From Maribacter sp. (lineage in GTDB: Bacteria; Bacteroidota; Bacteroidia; Flavobacteriales; Flavobacteriaceae): a stretch of 64,000 nt of DNA. Both the position numbers and the translations under genes were made by a program. Numbering within the stretch: the first letter of the stretch is position 1; every line of letters begins with the position of its first letter. Below the pieces are notes generated by a model that saw only the letters and a list, made by a program, of their open reading frames with translations, made no database searches and was not told where the DNA came from. Below are positions 9,933-19,779 of the stretch, in pieces. Location: NCBI GenBank assembly GCA_047633095.1, contig JBLIEO010000002.1, positions 21,424 to 85,423 of the forward strand, in the 5' to 3' direction.

Positions 9933-12470
9933 TTATAAGCGTGTTAAGTAGTCCTGTAAATTCTTATGGACTTGAATTACCTTATAGTTCTCTGATAAAA
10001 TTACAAAATTCTTGTTAGCAACCCGGTAATCCTTATTATTTTTTAAAAGCTCTGCGTAACCTAGGGCAAATTCCTTTGATTTAAAGCCATGCACTACAAC
10101 AAACATATCTTCTAAATTGTAAATATCCTTGGATACACTATTTCTGTATTTCAGGTCCGTGATGGATTTCTCCAATAACTCGATCAGTTTTAATGCTTTT
10201 TGGTCATTACTTCTTTTAAAAGGGAACATCACCTTCCAATTGGACGTTCCTTTAGAGTCTGTCTCAGGAGAAAATTCTTTGGGTTCCAATTTTGGCAACT
10301 GCTCCGAAATCATCTGCTCTGCCTTTTTTCCTTCTGGGTTGTTGGGGTAGGTAAGCGCTACATAATTTAAGGCTTCCTTAAAATATTCAAACCCCTGCAG
10401 CCGGCCAATAGCATTAGCCTTCAGCATTTCAAATTTTGGCACGATGGCATCTCCGGTAAATCTATTGATGTTTTCTTCCGATGCAGTAACTACCTGAAGA
10501 AATTCCTGATTGTTGTATTTTTTATATAAGTTTTGATAGCGTTTATCCGGAGTGTCGGAATCGTTGCCCAACACTGCTTGAGGGTTCAACAGTATTTCCG
10601 CATAGCGAGAATTTGCATGGTTCGCTATGATATCTGCCTTCATAGAAGCCTTCAACGGACTACCTTCTTCCTCATATATTTTATACAGGTTATATTTTGA
10701 TGGAAGAATCAAACGTTCCTCCGGGTTGGATGCTAATACATTCTCTAACTTACGGGCCGCTAAAAAGTTTTCCTTAAACTTTTCCTTGTAGATTAACCCC
10801 AATTGATAATTCGCAAAATTATGTTCCGTTCTCAAACTATCTATAACCGTTACTTCTGTGGGTATACGGTCCATATAAAAACTCAAGGAGAATTTTTCGT
10901 CTTGGGTCAATTCAGTATCTGAAGGGAGTTCGGCGACAAGTTCTCCTGTTGCTTCTGACACCTTTGCAATGGCTTTGTTGGACCAACGCCAATCATCGGA
11001 CAGGTCCCTATTGCCCCAACTGTTCTTAAACTCGTTTTGGCCGTAACCAAGGCTAGTAATATTATAAAAGTAGAATTTACCTTTATTTTCTTTACCTCCG
11101 TTACTTTTTGCAAACGATGCAAATCCTTCTGTTATCTTATCTTTTTCTTTTTTCTGGGTTGCTTCTTGCGCGTTTTTTAGCTCGGAGATATAATTTTCAA
11201 AATACGCGATACGGTCATCTACAGGTAGTTTGTAAAGTGTAATCACACTGTCGGTATATTGTACGATATTCTCGTATTTGATAACGTCTTCTAAATTATC
11301 CAACTTCCTTTTAACGATTCTGTATTTTTTTGAATTCTCATCCAAGTTGGGTAAGACACTGTCATAATAGGACCCTGCGTCTTTATACCCGTTCCGGTCA
11401 AAATTGTACTCCGCTAGATTCTCGTAGTTCAACGCATTTAATTTGGGCGTGTTTTCTGTCGCACGAAGCGATTTGTTGAAATACGTTACCGCTAAACTAT
11501 CAGACCCTTGACCTAAATGAAATTCGGCCACTTGTCGGAAGATTTTATCCAAAAATGGTCTGTTTTCACGATTTTCTTCTAACCATGTGAGGTACTCTAG
11601 TACTTCCTCTTTATTTTCCTCCGTGATAATTGTATTTCTGACTTTCTGAATTTCAGCATTAATCATGTACACCCTTGGAGATTTCCTGTTCAGCTCAATC
11701 ACCTTGTCATAGGCATAATTAGCGCTATCTTTATGACCTATTTTGTTGTATAACTGACCTATGATATAGTAATATCTGCCTTTTTCTGGATTTTTTTGGG
11801 TGTAATATGATGCTATCTTTAATTGTTGGATTGCAGTATCCGGTACATTTAAATTGATATAAGCTTGGGCCAACATAGCGCGAGCATCAGCATATTCCTG
11901 TTCCTTTAATGCCTCATATTTCATAAGACGCTTCAAATTTCTGATTGCCAAATCTTCATTCTCCAGTCTAATATTGGTCTTCTCCCTCCAAATGGTGGCC
12001 TCGCTAAGTTTATCGCTTTGCGAATACTTATTCAGAATATAGTTAAAGGCCTCTAAGGCCGGAATGTAACGTTCGTCAAAATAGCGTGCTTTTCCAAGAA
12101 GCAGAAAAGCGTCATCGGTCTGTGGATTGCGCTCTTCGTCCTTAATGTCCATACTATGGCGCTGAATGGCCTTGGTCGCTTTTTCCTCTGCCAGTAAAAA
12201 ATTAGGGTTATTATCTTCGGAATCTAGCTTCACCTCTCCAGAGACTTCCAAACGCTCTATGGGTAACACTTCCCAATAGTCGTCTCGGTAGGTGTCATTT
12301 AAAGCAACACGACCTTCCTCAAAAGCAATATTACCGTTGTACAAGGTATTATACTTTGTGTTTAAAGCGTGCCAGTTACGGTTAATTGCCGCATCCTTTT
12401 TCGTGGAGCATGCACTGAATAGCAGTGTTCCTAAAAGTAGGGTCGAAATGTATCTTTGTTTAAACGTCAA
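9933..12470 (-). CDS. sprE: T9SS/gliding TPR lipoprotein SprE/PorW
   Basis: Lipobox LFSAC, TKYNTLYNG, multiple TPRs, WGNRDLSDDWRWS motif. Confidence 0.8.
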   Translation of the reverse strand: MTFKQRYISTLLLGTLLFSACSTKKDAAINRNWHALNTKYNTLYNGNIAFEEGRVALNDTYRDDYWEVLPIERLEVSGEVKLDSEDNNPNFLLAEEKATKAIQRHSMDIKDEERNPQTDDAFLLLGKARYFDERYIPALEAFNYILNKYSQSDKLSEATIWREKTNIRLENEDLAIRNLKRLMKYEALKEQEYADARAMLAQAYINLNVPDTAIQQLKIASYYTQKNPEKGRYYYIIGQLYNKIGHKDSANYAYDKVIELNRKSPRVYMINAEIQKVRNTIITEENKEEVLEYLTWLEENRENRPFLDKIFRQVAEFHLGQGSDSLAVTYFNKSLRATENTPKLNALNYENLAEYNFDRNGYKDAGSYYDSVLPNLDENSKKYRIVKRKLDNLEDVIKYENIVQYTDSVITLYKLPVDDRIAYFENYISELKNAQEATQKKEKDKITEGFASFAKSNGGKENKGKFYFYNITSLGYGQNEFKNSWGNRDLSDDWRWSNKAIAKVSEATGELVAELPSDTELTQDEKFSLSFYMDRIPTEVTVIDSLRTEHNFANYQLGLIYKEKFKENFLAARKLENVLASNPEERLILPSKYNLYKIYEEEGSPLKASMKADIIANHANSRYAEILLNPQAVLGNDSDTPDKRYQNLYKKYNNQEFLQVVTASEENINRFTGDAIVPKFEMLKANAIGRLQGFEYFKEALNYVALTYPNNPEGKKAEQMISEQLPKLEPKEFSPETDSKGTSNWKVMFPFKRSNDQKALKLIELLEKSITDLKYRNSVSKDIYNLEDMFVVVHGFKSKEFALGYAELLKNNKDYRVANKNFVILSENYKVIQVHKNLQDYLTRL

Positions 12471-13048
12471 AATTATCTGTGTACATATGTATGTTTAACT
12501 TAAAAACAACCAAGTTATTATACAATTCATCGGTAAAAGGGCGATTTATTTTCCTGTAGAAAGAAGCTATTCTCTTTCAAATTCTAGATTTTTACCAACC
12601 GGGCGGCCTTTTTATGTTCTTTTTTAGTCAATAAAATCAACTACAACAGCAATTGAACGATACTTTTTGCTAGCTGTCCAGGTTTGTTCCTAACTCGGCT
12701 GAAACATAATCTCTAAAAACCAACGGAGTGATCGGTACTTGAGTTCAAACTCAAGTATTACGACTGCCTGCAATAGGAGGGTTTAAATTAAAACGATAAA
12801 CTGTAAAACAAAATCTAGCTCTCATCTGCCAGCTATAGTCAATGTTCAAAATAACGACCCGTTCTTGACCGTTTGTAAATAGGACTGTGTATTCCTAGAA
12901 ACTCTGAGTAAAATCATATTAACAGGATGAATTGTCGGTATATGAGACCCTATTACAACTCTATTTCTCGATTTAGGAGTTATGGCTTGCATGCACGGGC
13001 GCAATAACGAAACTAACTCGTATAAATTTATAGATAATTTGTCTTTTA

Positions 13049-13297
13049 TTACAGTAAGTTTCGTGACTTTAATTCTTGGTCTAATGCCTTGATATTTTTT
13101 CCGTTCTTTGATAAGAAGTACACAAAAACCAACGGGAGAAACGTAAAAAATTCAAATCCATTTTTCACTGCACCATATACTACGACCCCTATACAGAATC
13201 CGATAAGAGATGCATTAACTATCTTATTTGATTGTATTTTCTTTTTTTCTTATAGCAATTCCTCATCAGTCAATTCTTCTAATTCTTTTTGTTTCGT
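13049..13297 (-). pseudogene. Small two-TM Flavobacteria membrane protein, inactivated
   Basis: Reads (ACG)KQKELEELTDEELL*EKKKIQSNKIVNASLIGFCIGVVVYGAVKNGFEFFTFLPLVFVYFLSKNGKNIKALDQELKSRNLL*. Start is ACG and there is an in-frame TAA at 13250-13252. Confidence 0.7.
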
Positions 13298-13389
13298 TTG
13301 TCTAAAATTGATTACTCATTATCCTCTTTCTTACGTACGGTCTGAAGTTTTAACACCCTTATTTTAAGAGACTTTGGGTGGAAAAACAA

Positions 13390-14085
13390 CTACCCTGCAA
13401 AAAACGTCTCCAACTCCTTTAAGGTTTCGGTTGATGTTTGAATATCTTTTACCACTTCACCTTTGTTTAAGACCACGATACGCTCGCAGACTTCGGTCAC
13501 ATGAATTAAATCGTGACTGGATACCAAAACGGTTACATTGTCTTTCGCTGCTAAATCCTTAATGATGCCTTTTAGTCGAATCTGTGTGGTGGGATCCAAA
13601 TTCGCAAAAGGCTCATCCAAAATGACGACTTCCGGGTTTCCAATGAACGACGCTACTATACCTGCCTTTTTCTGATTTCCTTTAGAGAGATCACGTAAGT
13701 ATTTCTTCTGCCCCAAGATTTCGCCATGAAAAAAATCTTGAAACTGAGCCAATAGCGCATTGACATCAGCTTTATTAGCTCCTCTTAAATCACCGATAAA
13801 ATAAAAGTATTCTTCTGGCGTCAAGTAGCCAATTAAAAAACTCTCATCTATAAAAGAAGAAGTAAAAGGTTTCCATTCTTCACTGGTGTTCACTTGTACT
13901 CCGTTAGAAGTAATATGACCAGAACTTGGCTGGATTAAATCTAACAACAAGCTAAAAAATGTTGTTTTACCTGCTCCGTTATTGCCCACTAGACCAAAAC
14001 TTTGTCCTTTGGGTATTTCTAAATGCTCTATACTAAGTACTGTTTGCTTTCCGTACTTCTTGGTTAATTTTTCAGTTATTATCAT
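13390..14085 (-). CDS. ABC transporter ATP-binding protein
   Basis: GNNGAGKTT, LSKGN signature, ILDEP, SSHD. Confidence 0.95.
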   Translation of the reverse strand: MIITEKLTKKYGKQTVLSIEHLEIPKGQSFGLVGNNGAGKTTFFSLLLDLIQPSSGHITSNGVQVNTSEEWKPFTSSFIDESFLIGYLTPEEYFYFIGDLRGANKADVNALLAQFQDFFHGEILGQKKYLRDLSKGNQKKAGIVASFIGNPEVVILDEPFANLDPTTQIRLKGIIKDLAAKDNVTVLVSSHDLIHVTEVCERIVVLNKGEVVKDIQTSTETLKELETFFAG

Positions 14086-14147
14086 GGTTGTAAAATAAAT
14101 ATTATTTGTTGCTGTACTTGAACTCTTGTTTCCTGTCTTGTATAAAA

Positions 14148-15617
14148 TCAGCTCGCCTTCTCCTTAAATCCTGCAATCATACCGTACTTCTTTTTTCTGT
14201 ACTGTTCGGTTACTAGGTTCAATAAGTAATTCTTCATGGCAAACCCTATGACTCCCAAAACGGATAAAACCATAATGGCGGCCTCAAAGGAAATCGCATA
14301 ATAAAAAATGGAAAACAAAACGATAGGAGCTATCAATACCGGAAGCATAATCAAAAACTGGGTGGCACTGGTACCTTGCATATTCCCAAACGGACTCTGA
14401 TCTAATTCAATTCGCTTTTTATTGAAGGAGCCAAAAAATAAAATGACCGGTATATTTACGCCTAAGTTGTACAGCGCACAGGCAAAATTAATCGCCAATG
14501 CCTCCCAACCGAAGTAAATATAAGGGATGGTAAGTAAGAACATTACAATTACACTTACAGATATCAAAGTAGCTTTTGATTCCAAATACTTACGAAGCGG
14601 AATATTCTGAGACATCATCATGGAATAATAACTACTGTCCCAAGCTGGAATAAACTGGCCGAAATTACTCAGAAAAATACCCGTCATAAACACCCCTAAA
14701 AATACTTTCATAGGCATCATATCAGAATAGATATCTTGGGTATAAAATATCAATCCGTAGAACACGAACAACAGTGAAATAAACACTTGGCTCTTGGTGC
14801 GTTTGTTACGCCATATCATTTTAAGGTCTAGCTGTAAAAATGGCCCCATTTCGCCAAATTTCTTGGCCCATGCCATATCGCTTGTATTCGCTTTAACGGT
14901 TTTGGGCTTTAAGGTGGCGTCTAAATATATTTTTGTTCTTAGGTACTTGTAATTGATATAATAAATAAGGGCTGCAAATCCAACAGGAACCAGAACCGCC
15001 AAAGGGTATGCGTATAGGGCGTGAAACATGGGGGCAAAGAATACCTTTACATCAAATACCTGGAAGTAATCCAGTGCATATCCTATGACAATAAGGCTAC
15101 CGATTGTAATCAAAGCCTTATCGTTCTTGTTGATTAAGAGATTAATGTAGTTGACGCAAAGGACAATGGCGAAAACGGCCGTAATCCATAGGAGAACATT
15201 CAGTGCCGGATATCCATGAAACCACAACACAATAGCAAAGGGCACAAAGAAAAAGAGCGATAATAAGTTATAGATAGACACTCCGGAACGACCCAATATA
15301 TAATGGGCAATAGCGCTTTTCTTTACGGGCGTAGTTAGAAAAGGTTTTATATCCATTACAGGGAGTTTTTGCATAAAGTAACGCAAGAACAGCTCTACGA
15401 GTACCCAATAAACAAAATATTGACTGATAGTCCACATAGGACTTTGATCGGGGAAAATCTTTTTAAGGATAAAATACATACCACCCCCAGCTGCAGCTAG
15501 ATAAAAAAGCATCATCACTCCTAAAAAACCCATAAGGATTTTAATCCCAAGGCTCTTACCAAACGTAGAAGAGCGGAAAAAAGATTTCCATTGAAGTCCT
15601 GTAAATAGTTTGAACAT
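14148..15617 (-). CDS. ABC transporter permease (DUF5687-like)
   Basis: About 12 TM segments, DLKMIWRNKR, adjacent to the ABC ATPase. Confidence 0.8.
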   Translation of the reverse strand: MFKLFTGLQWKSFFRSSTFGKSLGIKILMGFLGVMMLFYLAAAGGGMYFILKKIFPDQSPMWTISQYFVYWVLVELFLRYFMQKLPVMDIKPFLTTPVKKSAIAHYILGRSGVSIYNLLSLFFFVPFAIVLWFHGYPALNVLLWITAVFAIVLCVNYINLLINKNDKALITIGSLIVIGYALDYFQVFDVKVFFAPMFHALYAYPLAVLVPVGFAALIYYINYKYLRTKIYLDATLKPKTVKANTSDMAWAKKFGEMGPFLQLDLKMIWRNKRTKSQVFISLLFVFYGLIFYTQDIYSDMMPMKVFLGVFMTGIFLSNFGQFIPAWDSSYYSMMMSQNIPLRKYLESKATLISVSVIVMFLLTIPYIYFGWEALAINFACALYNLGVNIPVILFFGSFNKKRIELDQSPFGNMQGTSATQFLIMLPVLIAPIVLFSIFYYAISFEAAIMVLSVLGVIGFAMKNYLLNLVTEQYRKKKYGMIAGFKEKAS

Positions 15618-15677
15618 AGTCGGTTGGTTTTAACGTTCTGATGATTGGTAATAGAAAGGTGGTTTTTGTTACACTTC

Positions 15678-16370
15678 TTACTTAATTTTATATTCTGGAT
15701 AGGTTTCTGATAGCAATTCATGAGCCTTAGAAGGTATAACATACCCTATTATTTTTAACATGATTAGCAAGATTACCATAAGGAGTGCAAGAATCAACTG
15801 CCCATAGTAGTTTTCTATAAATCCTGTGTTATTCCCTATATTTAAAAAGTGGACAGGGAAAATAAACAATTGGGAAACTGCGCCTTGCTGAAAAATCATT
15901 TCTTGAAGCGTCCATTTTCTGTAAAGCCCTTCCATGTTTCGCTTTAATTGAAAAGACCTATAAAGCATTAGTATTGAAAGTGATAAGAAAACACCTGCTA
16001 TTCCTCCTAATTTCACTTCCCCATTGGGAAGGGCCCGTAAGGTGAGAAAAATGACAAGAACAACTGTAATAGTATATAGTATTTTTGGCAACGACCACCA
16101 TTCTTGAAAGTAGCCCCAGATAATTGCTCTGTATTTCTTGCCCATCGCATTTTTTCGCGATGTAACTACATCCATAAAACCAAAAACACCAAATTTCTTA
16201 AACTCCTTTTGCTTAGCCTCCTCAAAAGTAAGTGATGGGTCCTGTTCCCATTGGCGTTCTATACCATTGGCCAAATGATCAACCAACTCAGTTTGCAGGT
16301 CGTAGTGCTCTACGAAATGCGCTCTGGTGAATTTGTATAGCTGTTGTATTTGATTTTGGGTTAGTTTCAT
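15678..16370 (-). CDS. PadR-associated membrane protein
   Basis: N-terminal KLT..QI..LY...YDLQTELVDHLA domain followed by four TM segments. Confidence 0.75.
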   Translation of the reverse strand: MKLTQNQIQQLYKFTRAHFVEHYDLQTELVDHLANGIERQWEQDPSLTFEEAKQKEFKKFGVFGFMDVVTSRKNAMGKKYRAIIWGYFQEWWSLPKILYTITVVLVIFLTLRALPNGEVKLGGIAGVFLSLSILMLYRSFQLKRNMEGLYRKWTLQEMIFQQGAVSQLFIFPVHFLNIGNNTGFIENYYGQLILALLMVILLIMLKIIGYVIPSKAHELLSETYPEYKIK

Positions 16371-17021
16371 TGGAAGTAACGTTTAAGAGAACGATAATCC
16401 TTTGCAACCCTATACAGTTTTAACTTAAAAATATATATCGCTGCAACATTTAAAATTGTAATAAGTAACACAAAAGGGATTAAGAAAAAAAAATTGTTCA
16501 ACCATTCCTTAGGTAAACTCAAAAAGGCACAAACCGGTTGCATAAATATAACCATACTGCCATTATGCATGGCTATCGCCAAGTATTCCTTTTCAACGCT
16601 TGTTCCAAGCTTCTTAATAGATTTAAGCATATAAAATAACTGAATAAACAAAACAAGAAACATCGGAGAACCTATAAACCATATTAACTGTTTCGGTGTT
16701 ACATACGATTCTAACGAAAAAATAAGCCACAAGAATAAAAATCTTAACAACCATGTTTTGGGATAAACCAACAACAGAAAAAATTCCTTACCAGTAATTT
16801 TAAATTGTCCTATTCCTAAACTTCGCTGTTTTTGTTTGGTCACTTTTTATACACCAAGTCAACCGATTTTGAAGAAAACTCCCTAAATCGGGATAATTTT
16901 TAAATTCCTCATATTCAGTAGTCAAATGGTCAATCAGTTCAAAACGTACATCCACATATTTAATGCCTTTACGCTTTAACCGTATATCGATATTCTTTAT
17001 GTCTTGTTTGGTTAATCTCAT
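16367..17021 (-). pseudogene. Frameshifted paralog of the PadR-associated membrane protein
   Basis: ORF 16800-17021 carries the N-terminal domain (YVDVRFELIDHL) and ORF 16367-16843 the four TMs. A one-base shift near 16844-16850 joins them. Confidence 0.72.
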
Positions 17022-17022
17022 C

Positions 17023-17361
17023 TTACTGAATACTCCATTTAGGATTTACCAATTGCTGCATACTACGGATAAACTCTTCCAGCTCTGCCAAGCGGTTTAC
17101 GGTCTCTTTTTGTCCTTGCTCGGTGAGTTTGTAGTATTTGCGTAAGCGGTTGTCTACTTTGGATACCTCGACATCCAATAAGCCTTCCGCTTCTAACTTA
17201 TGTAATGCTGGATAGAGTGCGCCTTCGGTAATCTTTAATTCTCCCTTCGTTAAAGCTTTTACCTTTTGAGTAATCTCGTACCCGTACATCTTCCCCTCTT
17301 CATCCAAGAACTTTAAGATAATGGTATTTAAACTGCCCTTATATAACTTTGAATTTGCCAT
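17023..17361 (-). CDS. PadR family transcriptional regulator
   Basis: MYGYEI, EGALYPALHKLE, RKYYKLTEQG. Confidence 0.96.
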   Translation of the reverse strand: MANSKLYKGSLNTIILKFLDEEGKMYGYEITQKVKALTKGELKITEGALYPALHKLEAEGLLDVEVSKVDNRLRKYYKLTEQGQKETVNRLAELEEFIRSMQQLVNPKWSIQ

Positions 17362-17487
17362 GACTTCAATTACGCTTAGCCAAAGACTAAGACTTTATTT
17401 TGAACACTATTATAAAAAGAGCCTTCATCCTCCCTGCATTTCGGAGAGCTCAGAATTACTTTTTTGTAATTCTAAGAGGAAACGAAT

Positions 17488-17523
17488 ATACCTAATTTTC
17501 TTATGCATAAGAGTTTTAGGTAT
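17488..17523. promoter_or_regulatory. Candidate tandem PadR operator (36-bp palindrome)
   Basis: ATACCTAA-ttt-TCTTATGCATAAGA-gtt-TTAGGTAT between divergent padR and the ferredoxin reductase. Confidence 0.6.
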
Positions 17524-17598
17524 GTTTTTTTGAGGTTTCCGTTTTTTATCGCTTCATCAATGCTTAATTTTGCTGTCTATTTAAAAGAAAAAGAAATT

Positions 17599-18645
17599 AT
17601 GGCCGATTTTCATGCCCTTACGGTAAGCTCCATTAAAAAATTAACTCCAAGTTCTATTGCAGTAACCTTGACTATTCCTAAGGAACTTGCACAAACCTTT
17701 GCATTCTCTGCCGGACAGTATATTACCGTTAAAAAGGAAATAAAGGGCACCGAAATGCGTCGAGCTTATTCCATTAGCTCCGCTCCTACCAAAAAAGATA
17801 TTACCATCGGGATTAAAAAAGTAGACCGCGGTGGATTTTCGGACTATGCCAGCACAAAACTTCAAGTGGGAGATCTGCTTGATGTAATGCCTCCTGAGGG
17901 TCGTTTTACCTTTAAATCAGCCGAAGTAAAAAATATTGTCGCTTTTGCTGCCGGTAGTGGAATTACGCCTATTATGAGTATTGCGAAGACCGTATTGGAT
18001 AGCAATCCCAAAAACACTTTTGTTTTAGTTTACGGCAATAAATCCTATGAGGAAACCATGTTTTACACAGATTTGGTAAAACTACAACTAGATTATAACA
18101 ATAGGTTTTTTGCTTATTTCACCAACAGCCAAACCAAAGAAGATAATGCATTGTTTGGTCGTATAGATACGTCTACCGTCAACTATGCTTTAAAAAACAA
18201 ACATAAGGATGTAAGTTTTGATGGCTACTACCTTTGTGGCCCTGAAACAATGATTAACATGGTTACAGATACGCTGGTCGAAAACGATGTACCAAAAGAT
18301 AAAATTTATTTTGAACTGTTTACCTCTACGGAAATAAAGGAGGAAATGCCCATTATAGCTGAAGGACAAACGAAGGTAAAGGTCATTGTGGATGACGAGG
18401 AGTTTGAAATCACCATGGATAAAAAGATGTTAGTGTTGGATGCCGTTCTTAAGGAAAACATTGATGCGCCCTACTCTTGCCAAGGCGGTGTATGTAGCAG
18501 TTGCATTGCCAAAGTAAAAGAAGGAAAAGCAGAAATGGTTAAAAATCAAATCCTAACTGATGGCGAAATAGCAGATGGTTTTATCCTAACCTGCCAAGCG
18601 CATCCCACCACTGCTACCTTAACGGTGGATTATGACGATGTGTAA
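17599..18645 (+). CDS. Ferredoxin-NAD(P) reductase family (FAD/NAD binding + 2Fe-2S; PaaE-like)
   Basis: RAYSISS, AAGSGITP, LCGP, YSCQGGVCSSC...LTCQ. ATG at 17599 follows TAATTTTG at 17565-17572 (track starts at 17503). Confidence 0.92.
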   Translation: MADFHALTVSSIKKLTPSSIAVTLTIPKELAQTFAFSAGQYITVKKEIKGTEMRRAYSISSAPTKKDITIGIKKVDRGGFSDYASTKLQVGDLLDVMPPEGRFTFKSAEVKNIVAFAAGSGITPIMSIAKTVLDSNPKNTFVLVYGNKSYEETMFYTDLVKLQLDYNNRFFAYFTNSQTKEDNALFGRIDTSTVNYALKNKHKDVSFDGYYLCGPETMINMVTDTLVENDVPKDKIYFELFTSTEIKEEMPIIAEGQTKVKVIVDDEEFEITMDKKMLVLDAVLKENIDAPYSCQGGVCSSCIAKVKEGKAEMVKNQILTDGEIADGFILTCQAHPTTATLTVDYDDV

Positions 18646-18668
18646 GTAAAAGAATTAGTAGGCAGGTA

Positions 18669-19454
18669 TTAGTGCACAGTAAACAGCGTTTCAAGTTGCT
18701 TTACAGCAGTCTCATAACCAATACTGTAAGCTTTTTCCAAGCCTTTACGATCCAGAATGCCTATATGTTCCAGTTCTTTTGGTTCAAAGACCAAATCGCA
18801 GGTATCTATTTTTTCTCTATTGATGGCGTAAATCATTAAGCTGGTTACTCTTCCGGTTAATTGAAATGAATTATTCAGGTCTTTTTTCTCTAGTTTCGAT
18901 ACGATGGATACATTGCTGCCAATAACAAAATCTACCTTCCCCCTTACGGCTTCCGACGGAAAGTTGTTCATTATACCACCATCGGCATAGAGCATCCCGT
19001 TATAGCTTACCGGGCTAAAAACGGGTGGCAAAGCTGCTGAAGCTAATAAAGGTTTTATTAATTCGCCGCTAGAAATAAACTCCTCCTGCCCAAGTTCTAG
19101 GTTCGTGGCAACCACCGAAAGCTTTTTTTGTAAGCTTTCAAAACTATCCTCAGGAAAATATTCTTTAAACGTGGCGATGTAGCGCTCCGTATTTATAAGT
19201 CCTGGTCTTGCTACGGCAAAGTAATTGTACTTGAATAAAGGGGTTTCCTTAAAAAAACGCATCATATCCAAAACCGAACTGCTGTTGGCATACAAGGCAC
19301 CGATTAATGCTCCAACACTGCTTCCTGCAACAAGTTTAGCATCCAATCCAAACTCTTCCATGGCCTTGATGGCCCCTATGTGAGCCATACCACGAACACC
19401 CCCTCCTGAAAGCACAAGGCCAAGTGACTTAGTTTGCAATGAATGTAGTTGCAT
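18669..19454 (-). CDS. Patatin-like phospholipase
   Basis: GGGVRG, GSSVG nucleophile, DGG. Confidence 0.93.
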   Translation of the reverse strand: MQLHSLQTKSLGLVLSGGGVRGMAHIGAIKAMEEFGLDAKLVAGSSVGALIGALYANSSSVLDMMRFFKETPLFKYNYFAVARPGLINTERYIATFKEYFPEDSFESLQKKLSVVATNLELGQEEFISSGELIKPLLASAALPPVFSPVSYNGMLYADGGIMNNFPSEAVRGKVDFVIGSNVSIVSKLEKKDLNNSFQLTGRVTSLMIYAINREKIDTCDLVFEPKELEHIGILDRKGLEKAYSIGYETAVKQLETLFTVH

Positions 19455-19531
19455 AGAGTAGATTGAACTGTAAAAGTAGAACGTTTAAGGCGAAAGAAGT
19501 CTGTTCGAGTTTGTTTTATGGCTTAGAATTT

Positions 19532-19548
19532 AACCTACTCGGTCGGTT
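19532..19548. promoter_or_regulatory. Candidate TetR-type operator
   Basis: AACCTACTCGGTCGGTT imperfect palindrome. The 11-mer ACTCGGTCGGT recurs at 30379-30389 upstream of the TetR gene. Confidence 0.4.
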
Positions 19549-19779
19549 TTGATATATAAACGGCTTATTTTACGGCTTATTCTGGATTTTGCCGTCAGTT
19601 CCTACTCTTACAACGATGCTTATTTTTTAATTTGGAAGAAGTCTAGAATGTTAAACAAACTGGTTAGTTGGTTTTGAGAAAAAAACTATTTCACGATTTG
19701 TAATGAATTTAGTGCCGATACGACCAAACCCTCGTATCCTTTTTATCGTAAGTTTACGTATAATAGAAAAAGAAAACTA

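Noticed and set aside
17599-18645. Phenylacetate degradation pathway
   Set aside because: Only a PaaE-like reductase is present; no paaABCD nearby.
19698-19725. ECF-like promoter (GTAAT-N16-CGAC) upstream of DUF2064
   Set aside because: Match too short to support without comparative data.
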